IMG/VR virus record: IMGVR_UViG_3300032292_000909
Span: 1-40,795 of that record
Source of the DNA: a virus
Taxonomy: Duplodnaviria; Caudoviricetes
DNA: 40,795 nt
Strand: one strand, 5' to 3'
This document shows, one piece after another, positions 28,979 to 37,749 of the stretch. Both the position numbers and the translations under genes were made by a program. Within the stretch, counting starts at the first letter, position 1. Each line of letters starts with the position of its first letter. The notes under the pieces are model-generated. The model was not told the DNA's origin and made no database searches. It saw nothing but the letters and a program-made list of their open reading frames with translations.

Positions 28979-30484
28979 TTAATTTTTTGTAATAGTAATA
29001 TCCTTGGGCACTGGAACTGCATCAGGTGGTGGTGCAGTGCCTTCCCCAATAGTGACATTGATATCAACACCAGCATTATGATAAGGATAGGGTTCGTGCG
29101 TTGGGGCTCTAGTTACGATGCTTTCAAGTTTGCTGGGAGTAACTTCCCATCCCGTTGAAGCATTGAACGCAGTATCACTCAAGGTGAATTTAGTCATGGG
29201 CTTGGGTGCAGCAACATCGTCAGCTCCGCCACCATTTAAGTCAATTCTACCGCCTTTGAGTTTTAATGCTGCGCCACCATCAAAACTTCCACCTTTGCCT
29301 TTGAGGGCCAGCGACCCATCAGCTTTGATACCAAGTTGCACTTTGCTATAAAATGTAGTTTTGCCTGCGCTGTAACTAGATATTGTACCATCACTTTCAA
29401 GTGCCAACGCTACTTTGGATTTGATATTAATCTGTTCTCCGGCATACATGTTGATGTTTTTGTCAGCATGTAAATTGATTGTGCCCTGTGTTCTGACGTT
29501 GACTGAGTTGGTGCTAAACACATCCACTGTGCCTTCTACTCCCAACTCAATCCATGTCAAGCCATTGGCATGCACAATGTAAAAGAAGTTGCCATCGTCA
29601 CTCATTGTGATCTGATGACCTTTGCTGGTGCGCAGGCGTATCATGGCATTTTGATTCTCTAAGTCGCCGTCATCCATGACAACGGTATGACCACCTTGGC
29701 GAGCAATCACAGCCACGTCCAAGGGACTGAGTTTGTTTTCCATCAAATCTTTGCGAATTTGATTTGGACCAACTCCGCTTTGATATACCGGCCGACCCGG
29801 AGTTGAGATACCATACACAGCACTGGGGCTTTCACGCTGTGAACTGCTATTGGTTGGACCACGTTCGGGATCTTTGTCTAGGCCCTGTTGAAAAAATGTA
29901 CCAGCCACCACAGCATGAACAGGTTTTGGAGAATCAAAAAATCTAGGATTGCTGATGATTGCATTGCTCTTAGCGTTGATCTCTGTTACTGGCTGTTGTG
30001 GTGAGGTTTCAGTATACTTGGCCTGTGTTTTGTTTCCAGGAATATACTGTCCTTTGGGTGCTGCACCAATGGCCGGAATCATGTGATTTACACCGGGTTC
30101 AGGAATACATCCAAGATAATAACCCTGCGATGGATCACCGCTAACAAAGAAACACATTACTCTGACTCCAATGTCAGGTGGAGTAAACCACATACCGTAG
30201 GTGTGTTGATTGCTGGTCCAGGTACCGTCACCAGCTGCACCACCATTGGGCTTTTGTGTTATTCCATAGAATGGGGGCAGGTATCTTACTGTGCGCCAAA
30301 GTGCTGTGTTGGTTTTGTTGCCGCCGCCAAACTGTTCAATGTAAACCTGTAGTCGTCCTGAACGAATGGTGTCAACATTGTTCATTACCTCACCAATATA
30401 TGGACCCATGTCCGCTGGCACGCCGCCGCGATCAAATTTATATCCCTTAGGTCTGCCATGTGTGGTGTAATAATTATCTGCCAT
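28979..30484 (-). CDS. Baseplate central spike, gp5/VgrG-like (OB fold plus beta-helix)
   Basis: YIGEVMNNVD..SGRLQVYI...GMWFTPPDIGVRVMCFF.GDP...YLG OB fold, GHTVVMDD / GHQITMSDD repeats, beta-helix tract and terminal THEPYPYH. AGAGGA RBS. Confidence 0.85.
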   Translation of the reverse strand: MADNYYTTHGRPKGYKFDRGGVPADMGPYIGEVMNNVDTIRSGRLQVYIEQFGGGNKTNTALWRTVRYLPPFYGITQKPNGGAAGDGTWTSNQHTYGMWFTPPDIGVRVMCFFVSGDPSQGYYLGCIPEPGVNHMIPAIGAAPKGQYIPGNKTQAKYTETSPQQPVTEINAKSNAIISNPRFFDSPKPVHAVVAGTFFQQGLDKDPERGPTNSSSQRESPSAVYGISTPGRPVYQSGVGPNQIRKDLMENKLSPLDVAVIARQGGHTVVMDDGDLENQNAMIRLRTSKGHQITMSDDGNFFYIVHANGLTWIELGVEGTVDVFSTNSVNVRTQGTINLHADKNINMYAGEQINIKSKVALALESDGTISSYSAGKTTFYSKVQLGIKADGSLALKGKGGSFDGGAALKLKGGRIDLNGGGADDVAAPKPMTKFTLSDTAFNASTGWEVTPSKLESIVTRAPTHEPYPYHNAGVDINVTIGEGTAPPPDAVPVPKDITITKN

Positions 30485-30508
30485 GTTATCCTCTATGCAC
30501 TGAATCTA

Positions 30509-31495
30509 CTAAAAGCCAAAAAATCTAGTATCTGGGGTGTTGTCTTCTCCGGTGGCCTGTGTGTTTGTAAGTGGAGTCCCTAATTTTTTAACAGGAAATG
30601 TCTGACTAGATATTGTAGCTTTTCTTGCGTCTTGCGGCGACGCTACTTTTTTCTTGCCAGGGTTGACCCGATTATCAGTGAGACCAAAACTTTGGCTACC
30701 AAGTTCAGCTGATGTGACCACAGCCGGAGTATCAACCACTTGAGATTTTTTTGGCCTTGGGAATATGTAAAGTGCCCCTTCTAGCGTTTGTTCAAATCGT
30801 CCTTGCCGAAATTCACTAGTTACCCGTGTGGCATAAAACACATAACTCTGCTTGGTGGCACGCTCACTATCTTCTCTGTCAGCTGTCACTGTCACTGGAG
30901 GAAGTGCCTGATTTTGATCCACGGCCTCTTCGGCATTGGTCTGCACAGTTGCCGGTGTAGCGTCAGGACTGGGACTGGCAGTTTGTCCAATTGAAGGATC
31001 ATCTTTGTTTGCTGTGGCTACCACTGGTTCAGTTTGTGTTGTGGTAGCCGCAGCATCAGGACTGGTAAATGTCTGTGTTGGCTGTGAGGGATTTGTAACA
31101 CCAGCATCGCCGCTTTGTTTGACTTCTTCACCGGCGCTTTGAGTGGTGTTCTGTGTGGCGCCAATTCTCACGGCTTTGTTTGCTAGACTTTTTGCTACTG
31201 CCGTTCCATTTTGTACATCAATAACATTGTTAATTAATTCCTCTAGGCTTCGAGCCAACTTGGGATCAAAATCATTTCCTGTACTGTTGGCCACTTGAAC
31301 ATTGCGCACTTGAAGTGAAAGTGCCGCCAATTGCGTTTCAAGTGATTCCAGAGGGCCTAGGGCCGCAGCAGCTCGTTGTTGATCACCACTGAGTACATCT
31401 TCGCGCAAAGTACTGTATTGCTCACTGAGCTTGATCAATTCATCTACTAGGGCATTGCGTTTATCTCTCAATGCTCGGTTTTCAGTTATCGCCAT
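30509..31495 (-). CDS. Coiled-coil, low-complexity protein carrying the apparent C-terminal strands of the baseplate hub
   Basis: N-terminal coiled coil and QNTTQSAG..QSGDAGV.NP motif shared with the upstream ORF. Contains YVFYATRVTSEFRQGRFEQTLEG. Confidence 0.6.
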   Translation of the reverse strand: MAITENRALRDKRNALVDELIKLSEQYSTLREDVLSGDQQRAAAALGPLESLETQLAALSLQVRNVQVANSTGNDFDPKLARSLEELINNVIDVQNGTAVAKSLANKAVRIGATQNTTQSAGEEVKQSGDAGVTNPSQPTQTFTSPDAAATTTQTEPVVATANKDDPSIGQTASPSPDATPATVQTNAEEAVDQNQALPPVTVTADREDSERATKQSYVFYATRVTSEFRQGRFEQTLEGALYIFPRPKKSQVVDTPAVVTSAELGSQSFGLTDNRVNPGKKKVASPQDARKATISSQTFPVKKLGTPLTNTQATGEDNTPDTRFFGF

Positions 31496-31497
31496 GA

Positions 31498-34344
31498 TTA
31501 ATTTACTCCGTTATTGAACTGATAGTTGGGATTCATCAGGCCAGTACCATCGGCATCATAGTCAACAGGACGTTGCCACACAACTTCAAATAAAATTTCT
31601 TGTGCTTCAAGATTTATAGTTCCGTCAGTGTTGAATGGACTAAAATTAAATGTCCGAGGATCATTGCCACGATAAATCTCCCCTTGTGCCACCCAGGCTG
31701 GATCACCAAGAATTTTTATTTTAATCAAACCTATATCGCTGGGACTATAAAGGTAATCTGCAGCGTTGGCCGCTGGTTCATTGGTTCGGCCTTCAGCGCC
31801 TTGTGAGCTTTGTCCACTATTGGGTTGATAAACAAACCTTGGTATTTCAGTGTAATTGCTGGTAATTTGTGTTGCCAGTTTATCAGCATTTCCACTTACC
31901 ACTGTGTAATAAAGATTATCAAAATTCTGTTGATAATCTAGCACCGCAGTGTTTTGCCCAGTGAACCAATAAGGATATGTTTTATGCACACCACGGAAAC
32001 GTGTACGCGGGAACCAAGCACTTTCTATAGACTTTACCTCATAGATACTGACCATAAAAGTAAATCTGTAAGGGTAGTCACCACGCCTAGGATCTATAGT
32101 GTTACCAATAGGTTCAGATTTTAAAGATATTTTAAACCAAGCAAAGTTCTGTATGGGAGTTCCGTTGGCCACTTCTTGCTGAGTTGATTCGTCAATACGT
32201 TTGAGCTGTTGATCTGTGATATAACTGCTGTTACGCACCACCATTTCAATTGCTTGTACTATGGACTGTCCAGCATGAATAGAAAAGTTTCTCTGTGCTG
32301 GTAGCATTTGATTTATATCATTGGCCAATTTTCTAGCACGGCTGCTGCTGTCCATGGGAGTATATTCAATAGCTAGATCACCTGGTTTTCTCACAGTGGC
32401 ATTGGCAATACTTTTGTTGGCGAATTGAATTACAAATTCATCAGGGTAAGTGTAGATACCTTGTTTCACTAAATCTCGTTGGCCGTCATTCATCACTTGC
32501 ATTAAACTTCTTACTGGTGAGTTGGTTCCTTGGGGCGCAGATGCCAGAGTGCTGGGGGAATTAACTGACGGCGAAGCCTTGACTATGGTATTGAGTATGT
32601 TTTGATTAGTGGCATTTTGAAATGATTGATATTGTCCGGTGCCGGTAGCCGACTGTAATCCAACAGGCAATTGTCCTCCGCTGGCCTGACTGGTGGTGTT
32701 GGTCCTAGCACCGTCAGAACTGCTAGTGGTTGCTACTTGACCTCCTAGAATCTCACTCACTGTTCTTCCGGTGATCTCTACCTCATGTGGTACCGTTTGT
32801 CTAAGCCTAAACAAATACGGCATACAAGCCGCTTGTATTTCATAGGTGCTCAATCGGTTGCTGACAGAGAATTTAATATTTGTAATACTGAAAGGAATGT
32901 ACTTAATAACAATGGAATAGGGATCTGTTTTTGCGCCACCACTGTCAGTTTTGCCCACCAACACTGGATTTCCATTTTCATCATATCCACGGAATCGTAT
33001 TACCAAACAATAGATAGCCGAACTAAATGCTTTTAATCCTGCATACGCCTTCACTGCTTGTTTGAGGTTATCAATCAAACTGATGCCGTTGGGTTCAATC
33101 ACTGTCATTTTAAGTTCAGTGCTTGAACTGGCTATACCGGTGCCTTTGCCGGGCAATACATTTGTGATCTGTAGGCTGTCAATGTAGTAGTCAAGCGAGA
33201 AGAAAGGGTTTCTAGCACGATTGATGTTGTCTTGACCGGTGGCACTCTGAGACGCACTGATGCCACCGCTTTGCATTAACAATTGCCCACCGTCAATGCC
33301 AACATCTCCACCTGCTAGATTGCCATTGCGGCCGCTGTTAATGACTTTTCTATAATCATCTACACTCAACAAATACCAAGAAATTTGATAGGTGTAGCTG
33401 GCATAATCGTCTAACACATTAGACTGCGGTAAAATTTCTTCTTGGAAGCTAAGTTCAATTTCTTGCCTGGTGGCATTTTTTGTAGCAACAGAATCATCGT
33501 TACCACTGCCCACACCCGGAGATCCTGGACCTGGTTTGGCATCGTCGCCAAGTCTGGACTGTTGTCGGCTGGGATCAGGAAGTTGTGATCCTTGCCCAGG
33601 TGGGTTTGTGACTGCCTGTGTTTCTTGAAGATTTTTTGTGGCATCAGCAGTGTTTGCGTTGGCACCTTGTGTGGTGTCACTGGTAACAGGTGTCACTGCG
33701 TTGCTGCCGGCTGTGACGCGGCCTTCAGGTTCAAACGGCTGGGTAGCTGGCGGTGCGGGATTAACTACCCCGGCATCACCTGATTGTGCCACTTGTTGGC
33801 CGGCACTTTGAGCAGTGTTTTGTTGTGCTTGTTTTAAGTCCTCTTCTTGCACCAATGCCTGGCCTTGAGAAATCAATTCCTGTCGTTGATTCTCAGGAAC
33901 CGCACCTTTTTGAACAGCTAGATTCACAAGATCATAGGGAGTTTCTGCTCGCGCTACAATTTTGCCAGTGGTAGTATCAGTAAGTATCAAAAGTCCAGTG
34001 GTACTCTGACGACTTACAACAAAAGTACCTTGTTGGGGGGCTGTCTCTGTTGCTCGTTGTGCTATTTCTTTTTGTTGTCGTTGCCCGTCTTGTTGTGCTT
34101 GTTGTTTTGTTTCTTGTTGTTGCGCATCAAGAACAGCCGATTCAGCTACGTTAACTTTACTAACCGCTTTATCAACTGCTTTGTCTAGACGTAGCTGTTC
34201 TTCATACTGAGGAGTACCTACTTTAAAACTAGGTCCATTGGCAGCAACAAATTTCTTGTATGCAGCTTCAGCGGCCTGGTACTCTTTTTTTGCGGCGGCA
34301 ACATCGGCCTGTAGTTTTTTAAGTTCTTCTTGTGTAACTGCCAT
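31498..34344 (-). CDS. Baseplate hub protein, gp27/phage late control D-like, with long disordered N-terminus
   Basis: NVLDDYASYTY, YYIDSLQI, MTVIEPNGISLIDNL, and IKIKILGDPAW near the end. Lies between the gp53-like and gp5-like genes. Confidence 0.6.
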   Translation of the reverse strand: MAVTQEELKKLQADVAAAKKEYQAAEAAYKKFVAANGPSFKVGTPQYEEQLRLDKAVDKAVSKVNVAESAVLDAQQQETKQQAQQDGQRQQKEIAQRATETAPQQGTFVVSRQSTTGLLILTDTTTGKIVARAETPYDLVNLAVQKGAVPENQRQELISQGQALVQEEDLKQAQQNTAQSAGQQVAQSGDAGVVNPAPPATQPFEPEGRVTAGSNAVTPVTSDTTQGANANTADATKNLQETQAVTNPPGQGSQLPDPSRQQSRLGDDAKPGPGSPGVGSGNDDSVATKNATRQEIELSFQEEILPQSNVLDDYASYTYQISWYLLSVDDYRKVINSGRNGNLAGGDVGIDGGQLLMQSGGISASQSATGQDNINRARNPFFSLDYYIDSLQITNVLPGKGTGIASSSTELKMTVIEPNGISLIDNLKQAVKAYAGLKAFSSAIYCLVIRFRGYDENGNPVLVGKTDSGGAKTDPYSIVIKYIPFSITNIKFSVSNRLSTYEIQAACMPYLFRLRQTVPHEVEITGRTVSEILGGQVATTSSSDGARTNTTSQASGGQLPVGLQSATGTGQYQSFQNATNQNILNTIVKASPSVNSPSTLASAPQGTNSPVRSLMQVMNDGQRDLVKQGIYTYPDEFVIQFANKSIANATVRKPGDLAIEYTPMDSSSRARKLANDINQMLPAQRNFSIHAGQSIVQAIEMVVRNSSYITDQQLKRIDESTQQEVANGTPIQNFAWFKISLKSEPIGNTIDPRRGDYPYRFTFMVSIYEVKSIESAWFPRTRFRGVHKTYPYWFTGQNTAVLDYQQNFDNLYYTVVSGNADKLATQITSNYTEIPRFVYQPNSGQSSQGAEGRTNEPAANAADYLYSPSDIGLIKIKILGDPAWVAQGEIYRGNDPRTFNFSPFNTDGTINLEAQEILFEVVWQRPVDYDADGTGLMNPNYQFNNGVN

Positions 34345-34345
34345 C

Positions 34346-34648
34346 TTAGAATCCTAGCACTGATCTAAGTGTTTCAATTTTTGGAAGATAGATGTTGACC
34401 CCGGCTTTGAAATCTAGCGGCGGTGCTGTAAGTGTGTTGGGATTGCGCTGATAGAACACCCACCACAGTGAGGGAGTATCATACAAGTCATAGGCCAACA
34501 GGTCTGGTCTATACTCGTACACTGTATTGATCTTCATGAATAAATCATCACTCTGTTTGGGGATAGGCCGATTGATCATGAGATCAAGATAGTATTGGCT
34601 GTATCCTGTATTGTAATATGGACTGGTGGCTGAGTAACTTGTTGCCAT
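34346..34648 (-). CDS. Baseplate wedge protein, T4 gp53-like (LysM-like)
   Basis: YEYRPDLLAYDLYDTPSLWWVF..RN motif. Start at 34648 (MATSY) via TAATG overlap. Confidence 0.8.
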   Translation of the reverse strand: MATSYSATSPYYNTGYSQYYLDLMINRPIPKQSDDLFMKINTVYEYRPDLLAYDLYDTPSLWWVFYQRNPNTLTAPPLDFKAGVNIYLPKIETLRSVLGF

Positions 34649-36762
34649 TACCAAAATCCTCCTTTTAATAATTTGCCTTGAGCAAATTCTCTCACACTGA
34701 ACTGTTTGGTCATTTGACTACGACTTTGTATTGGTAATAATGTTATTTGAATTTCCATTTGTGTTGGCACATACGTTGGGTTTTCCCCTCCAAGTTCAAT
34801 ACTAGATCCTGAAGTGTCAAAAGTGTCCACTGCCTTGGCCTGTGGTTGCGCACCTTTGGGCATAAAAATTGTTTTTAGTCTTGATACCGCAGAATAAATT
34901 GGCGAAGTATTGGGGACGTTGTTTTGCCGATCCCTTCGAGTAACCAAATTAGTCCCATCAAGTGAAACACTTCGAGCACGTATATAATCAACATCCTGTG
35001 GTAGGTTATATTGAAAATTTGTTATCACACATGGATGTTCTGCAAATTGATACTCTCCGTACCCGGACAAATACAACAATGGGGGAGGGGTACCGGCTTC
35101 GGCATCTTGACCATAGAACATTTTTGTGCAGGATTTTAAAAAATGTATTGTTGCCAACAAGTAGTTAGCTTCAAACGTGTCCTGTGCTGTGAATTGCGCA
35201 TTGATGTTAATCTCCTGCGGTGACGAATTTTTATAAAAATATCCTCGGATGTTGCTGTGTGTCAAATCATACGATTCATAGTTTGCACGATAGCTTGTTT
35301 GTATCTGCGGGGTATAAGGGAAAACTATTCCATCAGTGCCTCGCAATGGATACAACAAATCACCAGTGAAAGCCAATTTATAAAGATATTGAGCCTGTGG
35401 TGCAAGTGAAAGTCGTACTCGCCAGTCTTTGTTGTTAAATGCCGATCGTTGTTCACGAATAGTTTGCTGATTTCTGGCATTCTCAGTTTGTGCATAGTCG
35501 CTGGCCGCAGCGTCGCTGAGAGCATCCGGACTGGTATATGTGCCAGTACTTTCTCGGAACTGTGGCAATCCACTGCGTGTGGGATCAACATCTTCGGGGT
35601 TGGTGACTATAGGTGGGGTGCTGCGTTCGTCATCGGCATAAGGGTTGATCTGTGCAAATGGTCCTACTCTGGCTTCGCCGGTTATGCCCAGGGCATTGGT
35701 TTCACCAATGCCATCTGATTGTGCTGATAACGGATCGTTGTTTGATACATTTGGCTCAAATGGACTGATTCCAGTATTGTATTGTCTTGTGATTCCTAGG
35801 GCATTGGTGTCGTCCACTGCATCAGGTTGGGTTACAAAAACTTCAGGTGCTGCCAACGCTCTTGCACCAGCCTGTGGATCAACACTGATGGGTTGATCAG
35901 GTGCATCACGTGTGATGGTTTCAACAATGCCTCGGGATCTATAACCAACCACTTGGCCATTGGCATCAAACACCGCACCTTGCTGTTCCTGTGGTGCTTG
36001 TTCAAGCGGAGCATTGTCAGCAAAATTGTAGGAAGGAACAAATTGTGGAGTAGGTGTTGGTGTACCACCTTGCTGTGCCTGTTGAGCGGTTTGTCCTGCA
36101 GGCGACTGCGCTATCTCACTGGTTGGTACTTGTTGCCTTGCACGAGCTTCGTTTACTGCTTGGTTGATGGCATCGTCTTCGGTGGGCGCCAATGGCCTTG
36201 TTTCAAACTCAGGCGTGGGCACAGCACCAGTGCGGTTGGACTGAGGAACAAATCCAGCGTTGGGATCTACGTTGCTGTTGTTGGCTGTTTTTTCTGAAGT
36301 GGCCGGCAAAGGTTGATCAGGTGAAGTGTTTGAAGTGTTGGGGTTTAAAATCTTCTGCGCAGCACGACCACCTTCCAAGGATCCATCTGTAACGGGCTGT
36401 CCGTTTTCAAGTTGGTTAAAATTATCGCCTAACTGGCTTTGTCTAGCTTCTAACTTGGCAACTTCTTGGGGACTAAGACTTATCTTTCCGGTTCTAGCTT
36501 GCGCCAAAGTTGCGTCCACTGAAGCAAGTTCAGATGAGACTTGTGCTTGTTGCTTTGTTACAAGCGCACGACGTTCTTTGCCAGTGAGCCCATTGTTGGG
36601 GCTAGACAAATCTGTGACTGTGCCACCGGCTGGTGATGTGGTAGAGTCCGTTGTTGATCTACCACGTCGTGGCGGGTTTGGTATCCCTTGCGCTTCGTTA
36701 AAAGCTTCAAATTCTGCTTGGCTTACAAATCTAGTTTGGCCGTTTTCACTGATATAAGGCAT
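34648..36762 (-). CDS. Tail tube initiator, gp48/gp54-like C-terminal domain with ~440-aa low-complexity N-terminus
   Basis: C-terminal GIVFPYTPQI...INAQFTAQD...PPPLLYLSGYGEYQF..HPCVITNF...VPTQMEIQITLLP is a tube-fold pattern. Directly upstream of the gp53-like gene. Confidence 0.65.
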   Translation of the reverse strand: MPYISENGQTRFVSQAEFEAFNEAQGIPNPPRRGRSTTDSTTSPAGGTVTDLSSPNNGLTGKERRALVTKQQAQVSSELASVDATLAQARTGKISLSPQEVAKLEARQSQLGDNFNQLENGQPVTDGSLEGGRAAQKILNPNTSNTSPDQPLPATSEKTANNSNVDPNAGFVPQSNRTGAVPTPEFETRPLAPTEDDAINQAVNEARARQQVPTSEIAQSPAGQTAQQAQQGGTPTPTPQFVPSYNFADNAPLEQAPQEQQGAVFDANGQVVGYRSRGIVETITRDAPDQPISVDPQAGARALAAPEVFVTQPDAVDDTNALGITRQYNTGISPFEPNVSNNDPLSAQSDGIGETNALGITGEARVGPFAQINPYADDERSTPPIVTNPEDVDPTRSGLPQFRESTGTYTSPDALSDAAASDYAQTENARNQQTIREQRSAFNNKDWRVRLSLAPQAQYLYKLAFTGDLLYPLRGTDGIVFPYTPQIQTSYRANYESYDLTHSNIRGYFYKNSSPQEININAQFTAQDTFEANYLLATIHFLKSCTKMFYGQDAEAGTPPPLLYLSGYGEYQFAEHPCVITNFQYNLPQDVDYIRARSVSLDGTNLVTRRDRQNNVPNTSPIYSAVSRLKTIFMPKGAQPQAKAVDTFDTSGSSIELGGENPTYVPTQMEIQITLLPIQSRSQMTKQFSVREFAQGKLLKGGFW

Positions 36763-36779
36763 AGTTGTTCCTGTTTGTG

Positions 36780-36787
36780 TATTTAAC
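36780..36787 (-). promoter_or_regulatory. Putative late promoter (GTTAAATA) heading the tail block
   Basis: TAAATA core 17 nt upstream of the ATG at 36762, preceded by a T6 tract, with AGGA RBS downstream. Confidence 0.55.
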
Positions 36788-36818
36788 CAAAAAATAAACG
36801 GCTATGTTTAAGAAATGG

Positions 36819-36846
36819 TTGACAAGTGTTGTAAAAATGCTACAAT
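36819..36846 (+). promoter_or_regulatory. Sigma70-type promoter for the late sigma factor gene
   Basis: TTGACA-N16-TACAAT with extended -10 (TGc). AGGAGGA RBS at 36859-36865 before the GTG at 36871. Confidence 0.7.
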
Positions 36847-36870
36847 AAGTACACTATTAGGAGGACATCT

Positions 36871-37749
36871 GTGTCTGTAACCACAACCCGTACGACGCCC
36901 CGCGTCAACTATCTAAACAATCGCGACATACTCAAAGAAATACATTTTTCAAAAAACACTTACTGCTCTTTCGTTGATCCGGTTACCGATCATCAGTTTG
37001 ATATGATCCTGCCCAGCGTTGCAAAAATCAATCAAAAAACTGTGGCCGAAGCTCGACGCAATCGTGCAGATCGTATCAAACGTGAAACTGGTGAAATCAT
37101 TGATCCTAAAAAAATACCCAACACTGACTTGGTTTTTAGAATCATGACCTGGGAACATGTGCCCAAGGCTCCCAAAAAAATCACCAAAGCTGCGGCAAAG
37201 AAAGCCAGCCTTGAAGAACTGTTTGAAATCGTAGACGAGCCCACGGTTGATGACTTAGTTGATGAACCAGTAGTAGACATGGCTCACATGCGTGTTAACT
37301 TCCCACCGTTCTGGCACTACAGAATTGACGAAAACAAGCAACCGTTCGTTGTGGGCAAGTCGCATTGGCAAGGTGATCTGGACAAGGGTACGTTTTGCAA
37401 GGAGCACGGTCAAATGACCAAGAAGCTGGCCCTGATGTTTATGAAACTGTGTGAACGCTATGCCACTCGTTCAAACTGGCGTGGCTACACCTACAACGAA
37501 GAAATGCGTGGGCAAGCCCTGTTACAACTCAGTCAGATTGGCCTGCAGTTTGATGAATCAAAATCACAAAACCCATTTGCTTATTACACTGCTGCCATCA
37601 CCAACAGCTTTACTCGTATTTTGAACATTGAAAAGAAAATGCAAAACATACGCGATGACATTTTAGAGATAAACGGTTTGAATCCTTCATGGACCCGTCA
37701 GTTTGCTGGGCGCACTGGCGAGTCTGGCCCAGTAACTCAGGAGGAATAA
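36871..37749 (+). CDS. gp55: Late transcription sigma factor, T4 gp55-like
   Basis: NYLNNRDILKEI, ERYATRSNWRGYTYNEEM, FDESKSQNPFAYYTAAITNSF..IEKK match gp55 motifs. gp55-gp47-gp46 order as in T4. Confidence 0.88.
   Translation: MSVTTTRTTPRVNYLNNRDILKEIHFSKNTYCSFVDPVTDHQFDMILPSVAKINQKTVAEARRNRADRIKRETGEIIDPKKIPNTDLVFRIMTWEHVPKAPKKITKAAAKKASLEELFEIVDEPTVDDLVDEPVVDMAHMRVNFPPFWHYRIDENKQPFVVGKSHWQGDLDKGTFCKEHGQMTKKLALMFMKLCERYATRSNWRGYTYNEEMRGQALLQLSQIGLQFDESKSQNPFAYYTAAITNSFTRILNIEKKMQNIRDDILEINGLNPSWTRQFAGRTGESGPVTQEE

Noticed and set aside
31493-31500. Stop-codon read-through or alternative genetic code joining the two hub ORFs
   Set aside because: The junction is TAA-TC-ATG, so the frames differ, and no obvious slippery heptamer is present. 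TAA, TGA and TAG all act as stops elsewhere in the window.
6147-36762. Bacterial contractile injection system (eCIS/T6SS) or tailocin rather than phage
   Set aside because: Linked gp55, gp47 and gp46 genes plus T4-type late promoters indicate a lytic T4-like phage.
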